A DNA stretch of 63,784 bases, from contig CM052817.1 of assembly GCA_028534125.1 (NCBI GenBank), positions 80,230,001 to 80,293,784 on the forward strand, given 5' to 3'. The first letter of the stretch is position 1. Each line of letters starts with the position of its first letter. The notes under the pieces were generated by a model that was given only the letters and a program-made list of their open reading frames with translations, did not search any database and was not told where the DNA came from. Positions 25,331 to 39,039 of the stretch are shown here, piece by piece. The position numbers were made by a program, and so were the translations under genes. This DNA is from Lama glama (taxonomy: Eukaryota).

Positions 25331-25574
25331 TAAGAAAATAGGGTGTGTGAATTATTCAGTGACAGCTGGGTATGGGCCTCAGAAGGCAACCTTAAATTAG
25401 TTGCTCTTTAGCCTCCCCTTTTTCGCTTAATCTTTTCAGTACTACCTGTTACCTGCACTTTAATCATTTGTTTTATTCTGTACTACTTTCAGACTATGGT
25501 ATATAAGTATGTGGAAAATAACTTTATTCATGCTTCTTTTGTTGGAATTATTTTCTAAATTCAATATGAGATTA

Positions 25575-25710
25575 TTGATATAGGTGAGAAAACAGATACA
25601 AAGAGATTTAATTGCCTCGGGTCACACAGCTAATAAGTGGCAGAACTGGGATTTCTCCCTCTGGCAGTCTGGCTTCAGGGTAGGCACATTTGACCACAAT
25701 GCTGCTGACT
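25575..25710 (-). mobile_element. MIR
   Basis: 'gtcacacagctaataagtggcagaactgggattt'. Confidence 0.85.
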
Positions 25711-25989
25711 ATATGTTACTTCAGATAATAGTAGTGCTTATGACAGATTTGTTGCTTTTTTAAGCATATGGTTTATAAGTCTAATTATTTTCTTATCTTT
25801 GGGTGTTTTAGTTTTAAAAATGTACAGTTTTTCTCCCATTTTCTTTGGGCCTCTTCAGTACTTCTTAAAATAGCTCATTAAAAATTTATTTCAGCACTTT
25901 TTAACTTTTTTGAGTTTGTGTGACTAGTGATTGGTATCAGAATAATTTGTGGATTCCCACATAGTTGAAGTTACAAATTTTCAGTGTGT

Positions 25990-26055
25990 TTGTTTTTTTG
26001 GAGGGTTATGGGGTAATTAGGTTTATTTATTTATTAAAATTTTTTTTCCAATGTA
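25990..26055 (-). mobile_element. Headless tail fragment of a Vic-1-type SINE
   Basis: 'ggggtaattaggtttatttatttatt' is the reverse complement of the SINE tail seen at about 17865. Confidence 0.65.
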
Positions 26056-28669
26056 ATTGAAGAAATATTTTATGGAGAAAAATACTACTGAGAACTGTGT
26101 AACACTTTAAATGATTTTCTGTTTTTGTAATTACAACACCATGTACATATATAGTCATATTATATATATGTGCAAGTCATATTATTTATTCGTTTTTTAG
26201 ATACTACTTGGTATTCGTATATGTTCTTCAAGCACAGGAGCCTGCAACCCACAGACTGGGAACCACACTTTAGACTAAAAGTGAATAATAATAACAAAAA
26301 TAAGATTTACATTTTTTTCTAGATAATAGAGTTGAATAGATTCAAATTTAGGGGGAAAATATATTCATGTGTAGCTCAAAGAACTTTAATTTTTATCAAA
26401 CTAAAAACTTACCATTGAAATGGAAATACTCTTTATATTATACACCTAAGTTTCCTATTACCTGTAAGGTGTTAACTGGTATAATTTTGAAATTTTTAAT
26501 ACCTTTTTCTCTTTCAGCTTTTATTATATTATAGTCTTCTCAAATGAGAAAAGAAACAGATTTTGTAAATAGTAAGACAAACAAAAACCTAATGTCTATA
26601 AACAAATTATTTCTAGGGATATCAAGCTGAAAGATTTAAAAATTCTTTTGAGTTTGGCAGCTTTCTCTTTGCCTTCTTTTTCTTTCTTCTCTAGTAATTA
26701 TTGTTTTGTTTCTAAAGAATTAGTACTCAAGGTCATTCAAAGAGACTCATTAAAACCAGTAGTGAAATTGTTCTGAATAGACTTTTAAGCAGCCTCTCTT
26801 TTTTTTTTTTAGCCTTGGGCACAATAATCTTTTTTTTTTTTTCTGGAATCATATGAGTTTTAAAGATCTGAAAAAATCAACACTAGCAGTTGAAGGTTAA
26901 AATCTGATTGATTCAGCAGAATTGTGATTCAGAAAAACTAGAAGTTAAAGTATAAATTCTAGTTTTACAGATGTAGTAATAAAGAATATAATAAAGAATA
27001 TGGTAGCTCATTTTTCATATTAGAGAATTAAGGTACTCAGTGAGTTTCAAGATATCAGATTAACGAAGTAGCACGTGGATTAATGTACTGTGTTTAAAAT
27101 CATTATGAAGGAATGACTAATTATTATGAAGTGAACTTTTAGCTTTCATTTAAGTAAAAATTTATGTTGTATTATAGATTCGGTAAAAGTTGACACATTA
27201 TTACACTACTTGTAGAGCATAAATAGGAGCAATTTGGAAACAATTTATTTTGTGAATAGTTACTAATTTTCTGAATCATTTAGCTTATACATTCTGTTAA
27301 ATCTTTAAGCTTATTATTTAATCGGAACTTTTTTTTTCCTGTTTTCGAATTGAGATCCATTGCTTTTCAGCCATAGCAGAAGAATAGATTTCTAGAATAA
27401 AACATAGTTTAAAATACTGTGCCCATAAAGAGATAAATAGATATCCCGTAGGGAAAGGGCTAAAGTTGGAGAACTCAATTCTCCCTTCTTTTCAGGACAC
27501 ACAAAGCGTAAAACAGGATAATTTGTCCTGTTCATTGCCATCAAGACGTGTCAGATTTGCATATCAGAATAATAGTCCCACTCTTGTCAGCCCTGTGTTG
27601 AGGACTCTCCAGAATACTGTAGTGAATCATAGGTGGATTGTTCAGGTGCTCAGAGAGCCCTTAGGAATAAGCAAATAATCAACTGACAGGTCATTGCTGG
27701 ATCAAGGAATTTACCCTTTTCTTTGACATATCAAAGCTGATAAAGGCTAAATTTTGGTAACTGTTTCACAAAAAGAAACACTGTACTATATTTCCTTTCT
27801 TCCCTTCAGTCTCTGTTATACAAAGCAAGCAAACTTGTTTACAGAACATTCAACATTTTTTTGAGTAAATGACAGGTAGGAAATTAAGCTGTTAATACAG
27901 GAGGATGACTAAGTGAGGAAATCCGTCTTTTGTCAACCGCTCTTATATTATTATATTTTTAAAATAGAATCTGCTTTCAGTTTCAGGGGTTGGGAGTGTT
28001 AGATGTACATAGTTTAATGGATTTTGTACTTAAAATTCTGGCTACTCTCTTTTACTTACAATCCAACATCATAATAGAAAATAATGCAAATAGTCTTCTA
28101 AATGATTGATACAGGATGATGGTTTAGGCTTATTTATTGAGTCAGAGCTCCACACCTGTTCTGTGTCATAACAACTTCCTCAGAAGATGAGTTTTTTTTT
28201 TTTAAGTCATCCTTACTTGCGATGCCAGAGGCATTATAAACCTCTGAATTGAAAAATGCTGAGTTAAATTTAGTTCTTATTTAAATCTATTTAAAATTAA
28301 CCCTTTGGATACTTTCTGCTTTTTAAAGTGGATTGCTGATTATCACATTGCTCTGTATGCATTTCTTGTTTTATAAATCTTGACAAGGTGTTAGTCTTGG
28401 CATTTATGGAAATATGAAGAATAACGCTAACATTATGTGCAACATTCTTTCTCTAAATGAAGTTTACAAGAAACAACTGTAAATTTTTACATTTAAGTTC
28501 ATCAAAGTAAATACACATAGGATGAAAAACATTTTACTTGTTTGGTAGTAAATGGAAATTTGAACTCATATTTAATGTAAATTAACATTGTTGTGAACCT
28601 ACTAAAGAAATGCTCATGTCATTTTAGACTACATTAATTATAGAATCCAGATCACATAAGCTAATAGTT

Positions 28670-29057
28670 TTGTGGTACTCTGTTCTGGTCAGATCACATC
28701 TAGAATATAATATACAATTTTGGGATCTCTTGGTTTGTGAATAATTTTAGACATAACAGGTATGGACCAGAGCATGACTTTATCCTGGAAAATAAAAGAA
28801 TACATGCAGATACAGTTATTGCCTTCAGATACTTAAAAGTTTATCATATAGAAAAGACAGAATTAAACGATTCTGGCAAGACAGAATAATTTCCCAATGA
28901 ACTAGAATTGTCACTCAAGTCAACTTGCTTGTTCTGGGAGGCATTGATCACCCTGTTATTCCAAGTGTTTTTAAAAAAGGTTGATTGTGCTACATGTTTG
29001 CTGTTTCAGTTAAGAGATTGGAAAAGATAATTTCTGAACTCTTTCTAATTTTGAATT
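28670..29057 (+). mobile_element. L3/CR1 3' fragment
   Basis: 'tactctgttctggtcagatcacatctagaata', 'gccttcagatacttaaaag' and a degenerate CR1 tail. Confidence 0.65.
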
Positions 29058-30309
29058 GAATTAGCAAACAGATGATTTTATTATTCATTCACTTAGTGTA
29101 AATGTGAATATTAACATTTTTGGGATTTGAATTTTGAGACTAACCATTGAAAATTACTTTTGACCCTATGAATACTGCATATATTTTTGCTCTTCTATAT
29201 TTTTCTTCTTTTTAAAGACAATTCCAAATATGTATCAAAAAGAAAAGAAAAATCAAATTTTGACCCAGGTCGCATAAATCCAGTCTGGAGTTAGAGGACT
29301 AAGAGTGAATAATACGGGTCCTCTGTGTAACATGTGAACCCCACTTAACCCATAATGTGTGAGAAAGTTGAACATTAGGAACTTAATAGCATAGACTATT
29401 ACTAAATAGACTAAATAGTCTATTACCTAATAGCATGATCTGCTTCTAAATGCCTTCCCTCCTGAAAAGAGTAGATATATTTGAAGATTATTTCTTGGTA
29501 GTGCTGTCCTTGGAAATTTAGGCTGACTATTTGAATGCATAGGCTTTTTTGGGCTCGCCTAATCATCTGAAACTTCTTGACATTCTTCTCCTTTCTTTAA
29601 TGTTTTAAATATTTTGAAGCATGGACAGTGAATCTAGGTTTTATGTTTGTGCAGAATTCAGCAAGAGAGGTTGGGTGTTTGGCATTAAATACCTATTTTA
29701 CTGTAAAGTGTGATTGCTTTTAGATACAAGTTAGCACTGAGTAGCACAAAGAAGTCACCCATTATATAGAGTTACTCATTTGTGGAATGTAAGAGTGAAG
29801 GAGTGAATGTAAAAATGTATGTATGCATCCTTGGTAGTCACAAGGGCAGTGATCATGTTTTATCTATGGCCTGGTCTAGGATGGTTTTTGGCACTGTCAA
29901 GTCCTGGTGAACATTTGCCATGTAAATAAGTAGATTTAATTTAGAAAGCATTAGATAGATGTTAACATTTGGATGAAGCAGATATATTGTCATTTTTAAA
30001 TTATATATCTGAGTAACTTATCTCGTTAAATTATGAATTCTCTAGGGAATCTATACGTATGTTGATTTCATATCAGTCTAAAACAATGTATCGTATAGTT
30101 GTATTAACTTTGGTAAACTTCATTCCATTCTGTGGCCCTTCATTTAGGAGAATGGTAGTTCTTTAGATGTTCTCTCAGTATTAATCTCCAACAGCTGAAA
30201 AACCAAGAGCAGTTGTGCAAAAGTACCTCTTACATAATACAGGGTAGCATAACTCATTTTTGTCTGTCTTTCCCTTAAAATAATCTGTAGTATAAATGGG
30301 TCTTAAATA

Positions 30310-30500
30310 ATTTGAAACTGGATTTGAATTCTATTTTGGCCTTTACTGTGTGATTTGTGGTACTGTGCTCATCTGTAAAATGGGAATACTACCTCCTTTT
30401 CAGAAGTGTTGGTGGATTATATAATGTAACTCATAAGAACCATTTAGCTTTGAGCTTGTTACAAAGTGAGCCCTTGAGACGCAATAGCCATCATTATTAT
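30310..30500 (+). mobile_element. MIR
   Basis: 'ctcatctgtaaaatgggaatactacctc'. Confidence 0.8.
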
Positions 30501-32054
30501 TTTCCTCCAGAAAAAAAAAGAAGATTAAAATGTCATGGATAAATACCTGACTTTAACACTTAAAATTTTAAGATGTTGTATCTTCAATTATTTTATTTTT
30601 CCGTTTTAATTCTAATGTTGAAGTTTTTCCTCCTGTTATACAGAGTATATCAGCAATTTGTCATTAATCATCACCATAAATGAATTGTATGTTAACTCTT
30701 AGGATTCCTTTGGGAAACCTGGTGATAACTCCTTTTTCTCTCTCAGTTTGATGTTTAACACATGTCATATCTGTGCTTCCTCTATGTTTCTTGGCACAAT
30801 GGTTTCTGAGATCTCAAGGAATCTGCAGTGGCTGTATATCTAAAGTCCTCATCTTGCATTGTCAGAAATCCAGCTTCTAAGGAGCTTTTCCAGTTTTTTG
30901 GCTAATTCCTAAATTGGAGACTAACCTTTATGTATTTTAACTGACCTGGATTGATATGAGTCTATTTGGAGAAAGTGGACTGGAAAATGCTAAGCCAAAA
31001 ACAGGAAGACTGAAGATTGAAGCACCCTGTCATTTATTGTATGCATAATACATTATTTTCTCATTTAGCCTATCTGTGGCTCAGTATTGATCCAGCAGGA
31101 AGTTTTCTTCCTCCTTCTCCCCCCACCATATGATTTGCCTTCTACACATGCACACATACACACACTTGTCAATATAGCCTATAATATATGCTGAATAAAC
31201 TACCATCTGTATCCTTCTGTCTGTTCTAATCTTGATCAACATTAGCATAGCTCTTCTAATACAATTACATAGAACTTACGAACTCAAAATAAACACAAAC
31301 AAGACTGAAGCTTTTCATCTTTATTCTAGGAATGTTCCCCATTTCCAAAATATTTATATTATCATGGTTCTACTATGAAATCATAAAACAAAAAGTGTAC
31401 CATCCCTTCATATCAGTACTTTATTTAATTTATGACTGCTCACAAGAACAAAAGTTTGAAGAAGGTGTGGTTTAAGTATTACTAGAGGAAAATAAGGAGA
31501 AAAGTGTTAGGTTAATGAATTTGCATTATATGCACATTAAATCAGTCTCCAATCTGTAGAAACACAAAGCATGGAATTCATGTTTTACATTTCTCAGAAA
31601 CTGAAAGACAGATAGGATTTTACAGTTTCATAAATGAAGCAGAAAAGAAAAAAACTTCTGAACCCGATGCCTGGCTTCATCCAGAAATAGGCATCAATTT
31701 TTCTTTTTCTGTCTTTAACCTGAAAGTGTGTTCAGAAAGTCAGGCCTCATCAGAAACATTACTGATGCTTTGTAGGGACAGTGTTTTTCCTTTTTTTCAG
31801 CTCATGTCTTTTAGTTCATACATTCTGTCTAGTGCTAGGAAACATTCCCACCAGTATTGAATGAATTAATTAATGTGAAAATTTATGCCTGGGGAAAAAA
31901 TAGGCTAGAGGCTTTTGATACTTAGTACTAGGTGGTTTGATATAGTAAATGTTACAGTGCAAAAAACAGAGAGGTTATGGAAAGTCAGATAGATAGGAAA
32001 AGATAAATACAAGTTACTTTATATATATTTTTAATTAAAAAATTCATTTTCTAT

Positions 32055-32205
32055 GTGGTAGGCTAAGTAGTTTACATATATTATCTCATTTCAATCTGCA
32101 GAATAAAGCAGTTGAGGTAGATATTTTTCATACTATTTTGTAGGTAAGGAAACAGTCTCACGGAGGTTAAGAAAGTTTGTCCAGGATCTAACAGCTAGTA
32201 ACTGA
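32055..32205 (-). mobile_element. MIR
   Basis: 'attatctcattt...gaggtagatatt...aggaaacagtctcacggaggttaag'. Confidence 0.8.
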
Positions 32206-32844
32206 TTCTACAAGGAATGTCACTTTTGTTCATTTGGATATTCTTCCTAGAAGTCAGTGACTTCTGATGGCTTTTAAAATCTGAACTACTTAGCAGGGTT
32301 GCTACTGACCTTGGGAGTTGCTGGGAATGGATTTAAAGGCCCTGAGAAATTCTGATGATGGCTATTGAATGGGAAGTTGAGTAATCCACCTAATTCTGTG
32401 TACTGAAAGTAAAGTCAGTTGCAGTATATTCCTTTATCACTGACCTGAAAATTTTCTGCGTGTATAATCCTGTGGTGAGTGATATGTATCATCTAAGCTT
32501 GCTTTACTTTTGGCAGGTACCAATCGAATCAAAGAAGTATCTGCTTCTTGTTTACAAGCTTTTACTTTGCTTACGAGACATAAGTATATATTTGCAACTT
32601 GAGGGTCTTTCATGAATGAGGGTGTTCAGCAATACCTTGCTTACAAGCATTCCGTTCTGTCTTATTAACAGTGACATTTATGAGTCGAAGTAGACATCAT
32701 TTCAAAATAGACACTGTTCACTATAACATTATTGGCACCTGTTTTTAGCATACCAGTAACTATTATTAGGGAGCCATTTTTGCATGGCAGTTTAACATTT
32801 TTCAGTTTATTGATTGATTGGATCTAACCTGTTATAGCTTGATT

Positions 32845-33055
32845 TGTGATGGTTAAGAACATGGACTCAAGCCATGGATTTGAAACCCAGTTACCACTCC
32901 TGCCATATGTATGACCTTAGGCAAATATTGAATCAGTGTGACTATTTTTTCACCTGTAAAATGGAAATAACAGTAGTACCTACAACACAGGGTTGTGAGG
33001 ATTAAATGAATAATAAATTTTAAATAACTTAAAAACAGTACTTAATAAATTTTGT
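32845..33055 (+). mobile_element. MIR, near full length
   Basis: 'ggttaagaacatggactc...cctgtaaaatggaaataacagtagtacctac...gggttgtgaggattaaatga'. Confidence 0.88.
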
Positions 33056-33427
33056 TTATTCTACTCTTAAAACTTGCTCAGTTTATTTTGCATTAAGTGT
33101 GGTTGATTTATATGTAGTAGATTATGTATTCATTATAATATTATATCTTTTATATCTTAATCTAGTAGGCTAATAAAAAAGTATTCTTTTTGAAAATTAC
33201 TTGTGCTTTTGGAAATCTGGGATCCTTCCCAATATTTATGTATAATGAATCCGAAAAAAGATAGCATAAGTATGATGTGCCAAGTTAGACATCAGATTTA
33301 TGAGTTAATGGGAAGGTTCTGTTCCCAGAGAGTTAATAATCATTATGAAATTTCTGATTTTATTTTGCCTTTGATAAAACTATTTTCAACATTTTGTTTC
33401 CTGGGGTTTGGGGTTTTTTTTTTTACC

Positions 33428-35060
33428 TACCAAACATATTTATTTAATGTCTTGGTGTGTACCATGCCAGGTTTGGGAGTACAAGAATGAATAAATAGAT
33501 AGAATCTCTCTGATGAGGCATACTGTTTAGTGGTGGTTACAGACAAGTAAAAAGGGGGCAACAGTAAAGTTTGCTAAATTCTGTGATGGCAGAAATGCAG
33601 AGAACTCCAACAGGAAGCGGGTAGGAGAGAGAGAACACTAAAACTAGATTTAGGAAAAAAGAAAAATTTCTTAAAATCAGCCTGGTAAGAGGGCTAGAAG
33701 TGATGGGACAGAAGGGATGAGATGTTTCAGGAAGAGAGTAATAGTATGTGCAAAGGCCTAAAATGGAGAGAGCACATGATGTATCTGTAGTTCAGTATGG
33801 CCAGGGCATCGAGGGAAAGATGACAGTGACGGAAGTGAGGCTGAAGTGGTATCTGTGGCTTAACCATAACAGTCTTTGAATGCCATGGCAAGGAGTTTTT
33901 ATTTTATCCTGAGAGCAAGAATAATCATTAAGACTTTTAAAGCAGAAGATGACATAATCAGATTGTTTTAGAATTCTCTGATTGTAGTAAGAGGATGGAC
34001 AGTGAGGGGCTGTTGCTAGATGTGACTTTTCAGCCACCTTGGAGGAAAATCAGTGGCCTAAATTCGGGAATGATGAAGGTGGAATGAAAAGAAGTAGTTG
34101 GTTTCAAGAGATCCTTAGAAGTAGAATGTGCAGGACATCACGGTTGGCTAGATGATGGCCGTGTTTATTCTCTGACAGAATCATTGTCATGAGCATGCAG
34201 CCAATACAGTTCCATGGGGCCCTGTGCCCAGAAGGGCCTCACTATTGGTTTAATGCTTTTGTTGCTATCTTCAAATTCTTTGTAGTTTTTGAATAAGGAG
34301 CCCCAAATTTTCATTTTAAACTTAGCCTTGCAAATTATATAGTCAGTCTTGGTATTGAGAACTGATTGGGTGGTGGTGTGTTTCACAGGAGGAGAGGGAA
34401 AACAGGAATACATTTTGGAGGAAAGGTAAAGAGCCCCATATGGGATATATTGACTTTAAGGTACTTAAAATATTAAATAGTGATTGGATCCTTAGTTCAG
34501 TTGGCTGATGATACAGATTTAAGACTCAGCATTTTAGTGATAATTGAAGTGTTTGGAATGTTTAGTATTCCCCGGGATAAGTGTATTGTAGCTGAAGAAA
34601 AGACCGAATAGGAAAAAACCCAGGTGCACTTCAGTATTCAAGGGTGGACAGAAGAGGAGTCCATAATGAGTGCAGAAGGATTCATATACATGGGGGAGTA
34701 TGAGGATTCAGAAGAAAGAGATTATGTAAAGATAGAGTTTGTACATTTATTGATGCCAGGAAGTTAAGAGATTTCCCATCTAATGCCTTTTATTTCCTCT
34801 GTGACATTGGCATCTAGGTCAACTGCTAAGAAGAAAGGAAAACAGTCAGGTTAGGGATTTGAGGAGAATGGAGAAGCTTGAAATAACTTCTGAGAAAACT
34901 GAAATAGCTTATCTGAGGGAATCGGAATGCCAAGCAAGGTTAAGGATCCATGTAAGAGTGGAGAAATTTTTGTTGAGATTTTTCTTTATCAGTACTTAGC
35001 CATCAGTTATAGTTGTGTGAAATGGAGATAGTCATTGATTGGGACTGAGTTTGAGTTGAA
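33428..35060 (-). mobile_element. L2 long fragment interrupted by MER91A
   Basis: 'caaacatatttatt...', 'atgtgcaaaggcct', 'ttttaaagcagaagatgacataatcagatt' are antisense L2 landmarks. Confidence 0.8.
34174..34351 (+). mobile_element. MER91A hAT-Tip100 element
   Basis: 'ggggccctgtgcccagaagggcctcactattggtttaatgct...tttcattttaaacttagccttgcaaattatatag'. Confidence 0.82.
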
Positions 35061-35071
35061 TGGATGATTAA

Positions 35072-35245
35072 GCGATGATTCTCAGAGTTTAATATGCATT
35101 CAAGTCACTTGTATTTCTGGGCTGGAGACTGAGATTTAGCAATTCTAATATGTTTCTGGAAAAGACTGGTGGTCTGAGTATTCGATATTTTAACAAGATC
35201 TCCCAGATAATTTGTATGTGCATTAAAGTTTGAGAAGCGCCTAGT
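35072..35245. mobile_element. MER5-family hAT element
   Basis: 'attttaacaagatctcccagataatttgtatgtgcattaaagtttgagaagc'. Confidence 0.7.
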
Positions 35246-35284
35246 TGGAGAATGATTGAAGTGTACAGAGAAATCTAAAAAGGA

Positions 35285-35495
35285 CTGAGGTTGCTTGTGG
35301 ACAAGGTAGGATGAGGATTAAAAGAGATTGCAAAGTGGCAGAAAAAAAACTTCTGGGAGTGATGGATATGTTCATTATTTTGATTATAGTGATGGTTTCA
35401 CAGGAGTATATTTATGGCAAAAACTTATAAAATTATACACTTTACATATGAAGAATTTATTGAATGTCATTTACACCTCAGTAAAGCTGAAAAAA
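35285..35495 (+). mobile_element. L1MC/MD/ME 3' end
   Basis: 'gtgatggatatgttcattattttgattatagtgatggtttcacagg...acctcagtaaagctg'. Confidence 0.85.
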
Positions 35496-37765
35496 TGTAT
35501 AAAACATAGAAGGACTGATAGGGTAAAAATTGACAGATTATACAACTGGTAGTCTCAATGAATGAAGACCATCTGTAACCATTTGGATAGTCTCTGAATT
35601 CAATGTAGGTATATTTTTGTCTTTTGTGACTGTTAATTTTTCCATTTTACCAGAGACAAAATATTTTCAATGCATTTTTTTTTTGAGCAAAGTAGCGCTT
35701 GCTGTATATAATACCTGTCAAGGTCCATATGCAGAAACCAGATTAATTATAAATTAGTAAGTAGAATCTTGAAAGTGGGACATTATAAAAATAATGATTT
35801 TAGTTTGTATAGAATTTTTAATAATCATTATCTTATTTAGCTTTTATAATCCTATGGGTTAGTGGAATTAGTTTATGCTAATTTTACATGTAGAGCCTCC
35901 AGATTCATTAAACCATCCCATGCATTTTACAAATATATTTTTTCTGATTTAAAATTGAAGTTATGAATACTTCTCTCTTTTTACAAATGAATACTTTGAA
36001 CAACTTAATTGCATTTTAACTTTATTAAGTGTCCTTTGTAAGTAGACTGCACTTCATATTTGAACTTGCATGTAATGTTCACATTTTATTCAGTCACATT
36101 GATGTTGTTCATGAGTAGTCTGAGGAGAATTAGCCCTTCATTTTCCCTAGAAATATTCTTTTTTAAAAACTGCTGTATATGCCTAATTGTGTGCACATAT
36201 ACTTTTGTAGAAAAAAAACTGAAAAGATATATATTAAAATGTTTAAAAGTGATTATCTGTAGAAAAGGTAGTATGTATATATTTTCCTCTGTTTTCTAAA
36301 TTTTCTGCTATGAACATGCATTTCTCTTTAAGTTATTTTTAAAAGTGTAATTGTATATACATATATAAAAACTTTACTGTCATTAAATTTTGGTGTCTTA
36401 AGTTTCCTGAACTAAATTCTCTACCATTCCTTAGCACCATAATAGCACCTTAGTACCACAGACATATATACTCAATCTCAGTTCTACAATAAGTCAAATT
36501 CAACAATAATGAGGCAATGAAGAGCTCATTCAGATAAAATAAATGATCTTTTCCTTAATTGCCAATAGATGACCTAATTTATGTAGACATTATTTTTCAG
36601 AGAGTACTTAGCTGACTGCAGCTTGTTATAATTCTATTGAAAAATCAGTACTCACTGATGATTAAAATCTTTAATGGTTGTTATGGGAAGATTATAAGGA
36701 CCTCTGTCTCTGTAGTAAAATCTTTTACCAACACAGCTGAAAATGTATGGTAAATTTATCCTGTGATACTACAGAAACCAAGAGTTGTGAGGTTTGAGAA
36801 TTATAATGAATTCCACAATTCTTGTATATGTTATATTGAAAATTAGAGCTCGTAAGAGTGAAAAATATTAATATAGCAGTCATAAAAATTAAATTATGTG
36901 AATATTCAGATTTTGATAATGTTTTTTATGGAATCTTCTGTTATCTTTTTTGTACTTAAACCAAACCACAAATGGTGGTTACAATTGATTTTAATAATAA
37001 ATATGTTTAATCAAAGTACTTTGAAAATAAAAATTCTTATTACTCCTTAATGTCACTCTAATATGTTCAAGTCAAGAAAGTACATTTTATAAATATGTAT
37101 TTTCCCAGTAATTAAATTGTGTCCTATTTGCACCCTCAGAAAGAGACTAGTTTTATTTTATTCTTTCTCACCAGTAAGGCCAGGCCAGTTGTCTTAATTA
37201 ATTTGCCAAGACATACTGTGAAGTTAGTAAGTGGCAGTTATCCCCTTCTTATAGAAGACTGAGGGATGAAAGTGTTAGGCAGTTTGCCAGTAGGCAAGTA
37301 GTAAACCCATGGAAGAGCTCAAGTATTCTCTAGGTCTGTAGAATTGACAGTTTTTCTAGTTGCTCTAGTATTCACTGAAATCATTTTGTTTTTATTACCC
37401 TGTTATATAGACATAACAGAAATTATGGAAAGAACACATCTTCGTAACTCTTTAGCTCTATACATCTGTTGGTTTCATTTACTTTTTAACATTCTTTAGA
37501 ACAGATATTTTTCTGTCTTGCTTATTAGCAAAGTTCAGTTAATTTAAGGATAACCTGTATAAATTATCTAATTCAATTTCTTTACATGCTTCAAGTAATA
37601 TAGTCATGCTAATTATGCTTTCTCTTTTGTTCTGTTCTCATCTAAAGCCAGATCATAGTTTTATATATGATGTTCTGCACTGGGTACCAGATGCAAGGCA
37701 AGCCAGTAAATAACTTAAAATTATCCAGAGAGATCCCAGCTTTAGTTGAAAAAGGAAGGTGTCTT

Positions 37766-37907
37766 TTTTGTTTGTTTGTTTGTTTGTTTGTTTGTTTTCA
37801 ATTTTTTCTTATTTGTTTTTTGGGTTAATGGAGGTACTGGGGATTGAACCCAGGACTTGGTGCATGCTAGCACATGCTCTACCACTGAGCTATACCCCTC
37901 TTCCCCC
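37766..37907 (-). mobile_element. Camelid Vic-1-type SINE with 16-bp TSD
   Basis: 'ggaggtactggggattgaacccaggac...ctctaccactgagctatacc'; TSD AAAAGGAAG(G/A)TGTCTT at 37750-37765 and 37908-37923; (TTTG)n tail. Confidence 0.93.
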
Positions 37908-39039
37908 AAAAGGAAGATGTCTTGTGATTGGGACTGTTGTAAACCACACAGTAATTATAAGTCTCCATAGTTTTAAAGGGGCATTTTTCTCCTCCTTCTT
38001 TAACCTGTCTTAAGTATTAAATATTAAAAGTAATGTTTCTCTCAATAACAGAAAAAAAAAACCCAAACTTGTTTTTACAGTCAGTTTTTGAAACAAAAGC
38101 AGCTACCCTGGGATAAAAATATGTCTACACAGAGCCTGTCTTGTAAAATTTTCCAGGCTCGTAGGGACTTGAACCCTGTTCTTTGGTTATTTGATGAAAT
38201 TGCTCATACTAGTTTGTGAATGCTTCTGAACGTCCTTATATTTTTTGTATATAATATTTTTTAAAAAATCTGTCAGTTTTGGTTTCTCGCATCAGTAGAT
38301 GGACCAGTGGAAAAGTGGGACTTGCTTACAAATTGCATTGTATTTTCCCAGCCTCAAATAACTTTTCTCCTTCCAGTCTCTTACGGAACATATTAACTAA
38401 AGTGTCCACTGAACATTTAATGTATATGGCTTTAAAATGCTATTTATCCTTTTTATCCCTAAATTGCTAGCTCCTGAAAGGGGGAGATTTACTCTCTTGC
38501 TTGTGATATTCCTAGTGCCTGTGTCTTAGATAGAGTTGATTTTTAGCAAATCATTAATAAATCATTATTCTATTTCTTTTACCTGTTACATAGTCGGGGG
38601 AATAATTTTATCTAGCAATACTGACAGAGCCCGCATATATATACCAGTTGCCCAGTTCTTTAATGAAACTGAAGCTGGAGGTGAGTCAGGCAAGAAAACC
38701 AATGCGATAACCATACAGGACCCTTGATGATGGCTGCAGCTTCTTCATTTTATCTTGTCGGTGACATAAGAAGTTCCTCAAGTAAGACTCACTAGTGACA
38801 AATCAAGCAGTTGGTGATACTGCACATCTAATAATAGCAAACTATGGACTTTCCATTTGTCAATATGCTAAGCACTTTGCATTATCTCTTTCTTTTATAA
38901 GAGAGAAATCTGAAACTTAGTTTACAAACTTCCACGGAGTAATAGTTTGTAGTGGCTTGATTAATACTCTGTTTGAATCCAAAGCCAATAATTTTTAAGA
39001 ACTTCCAAACAATTATAATAACAAAAAATGAGAAACATT

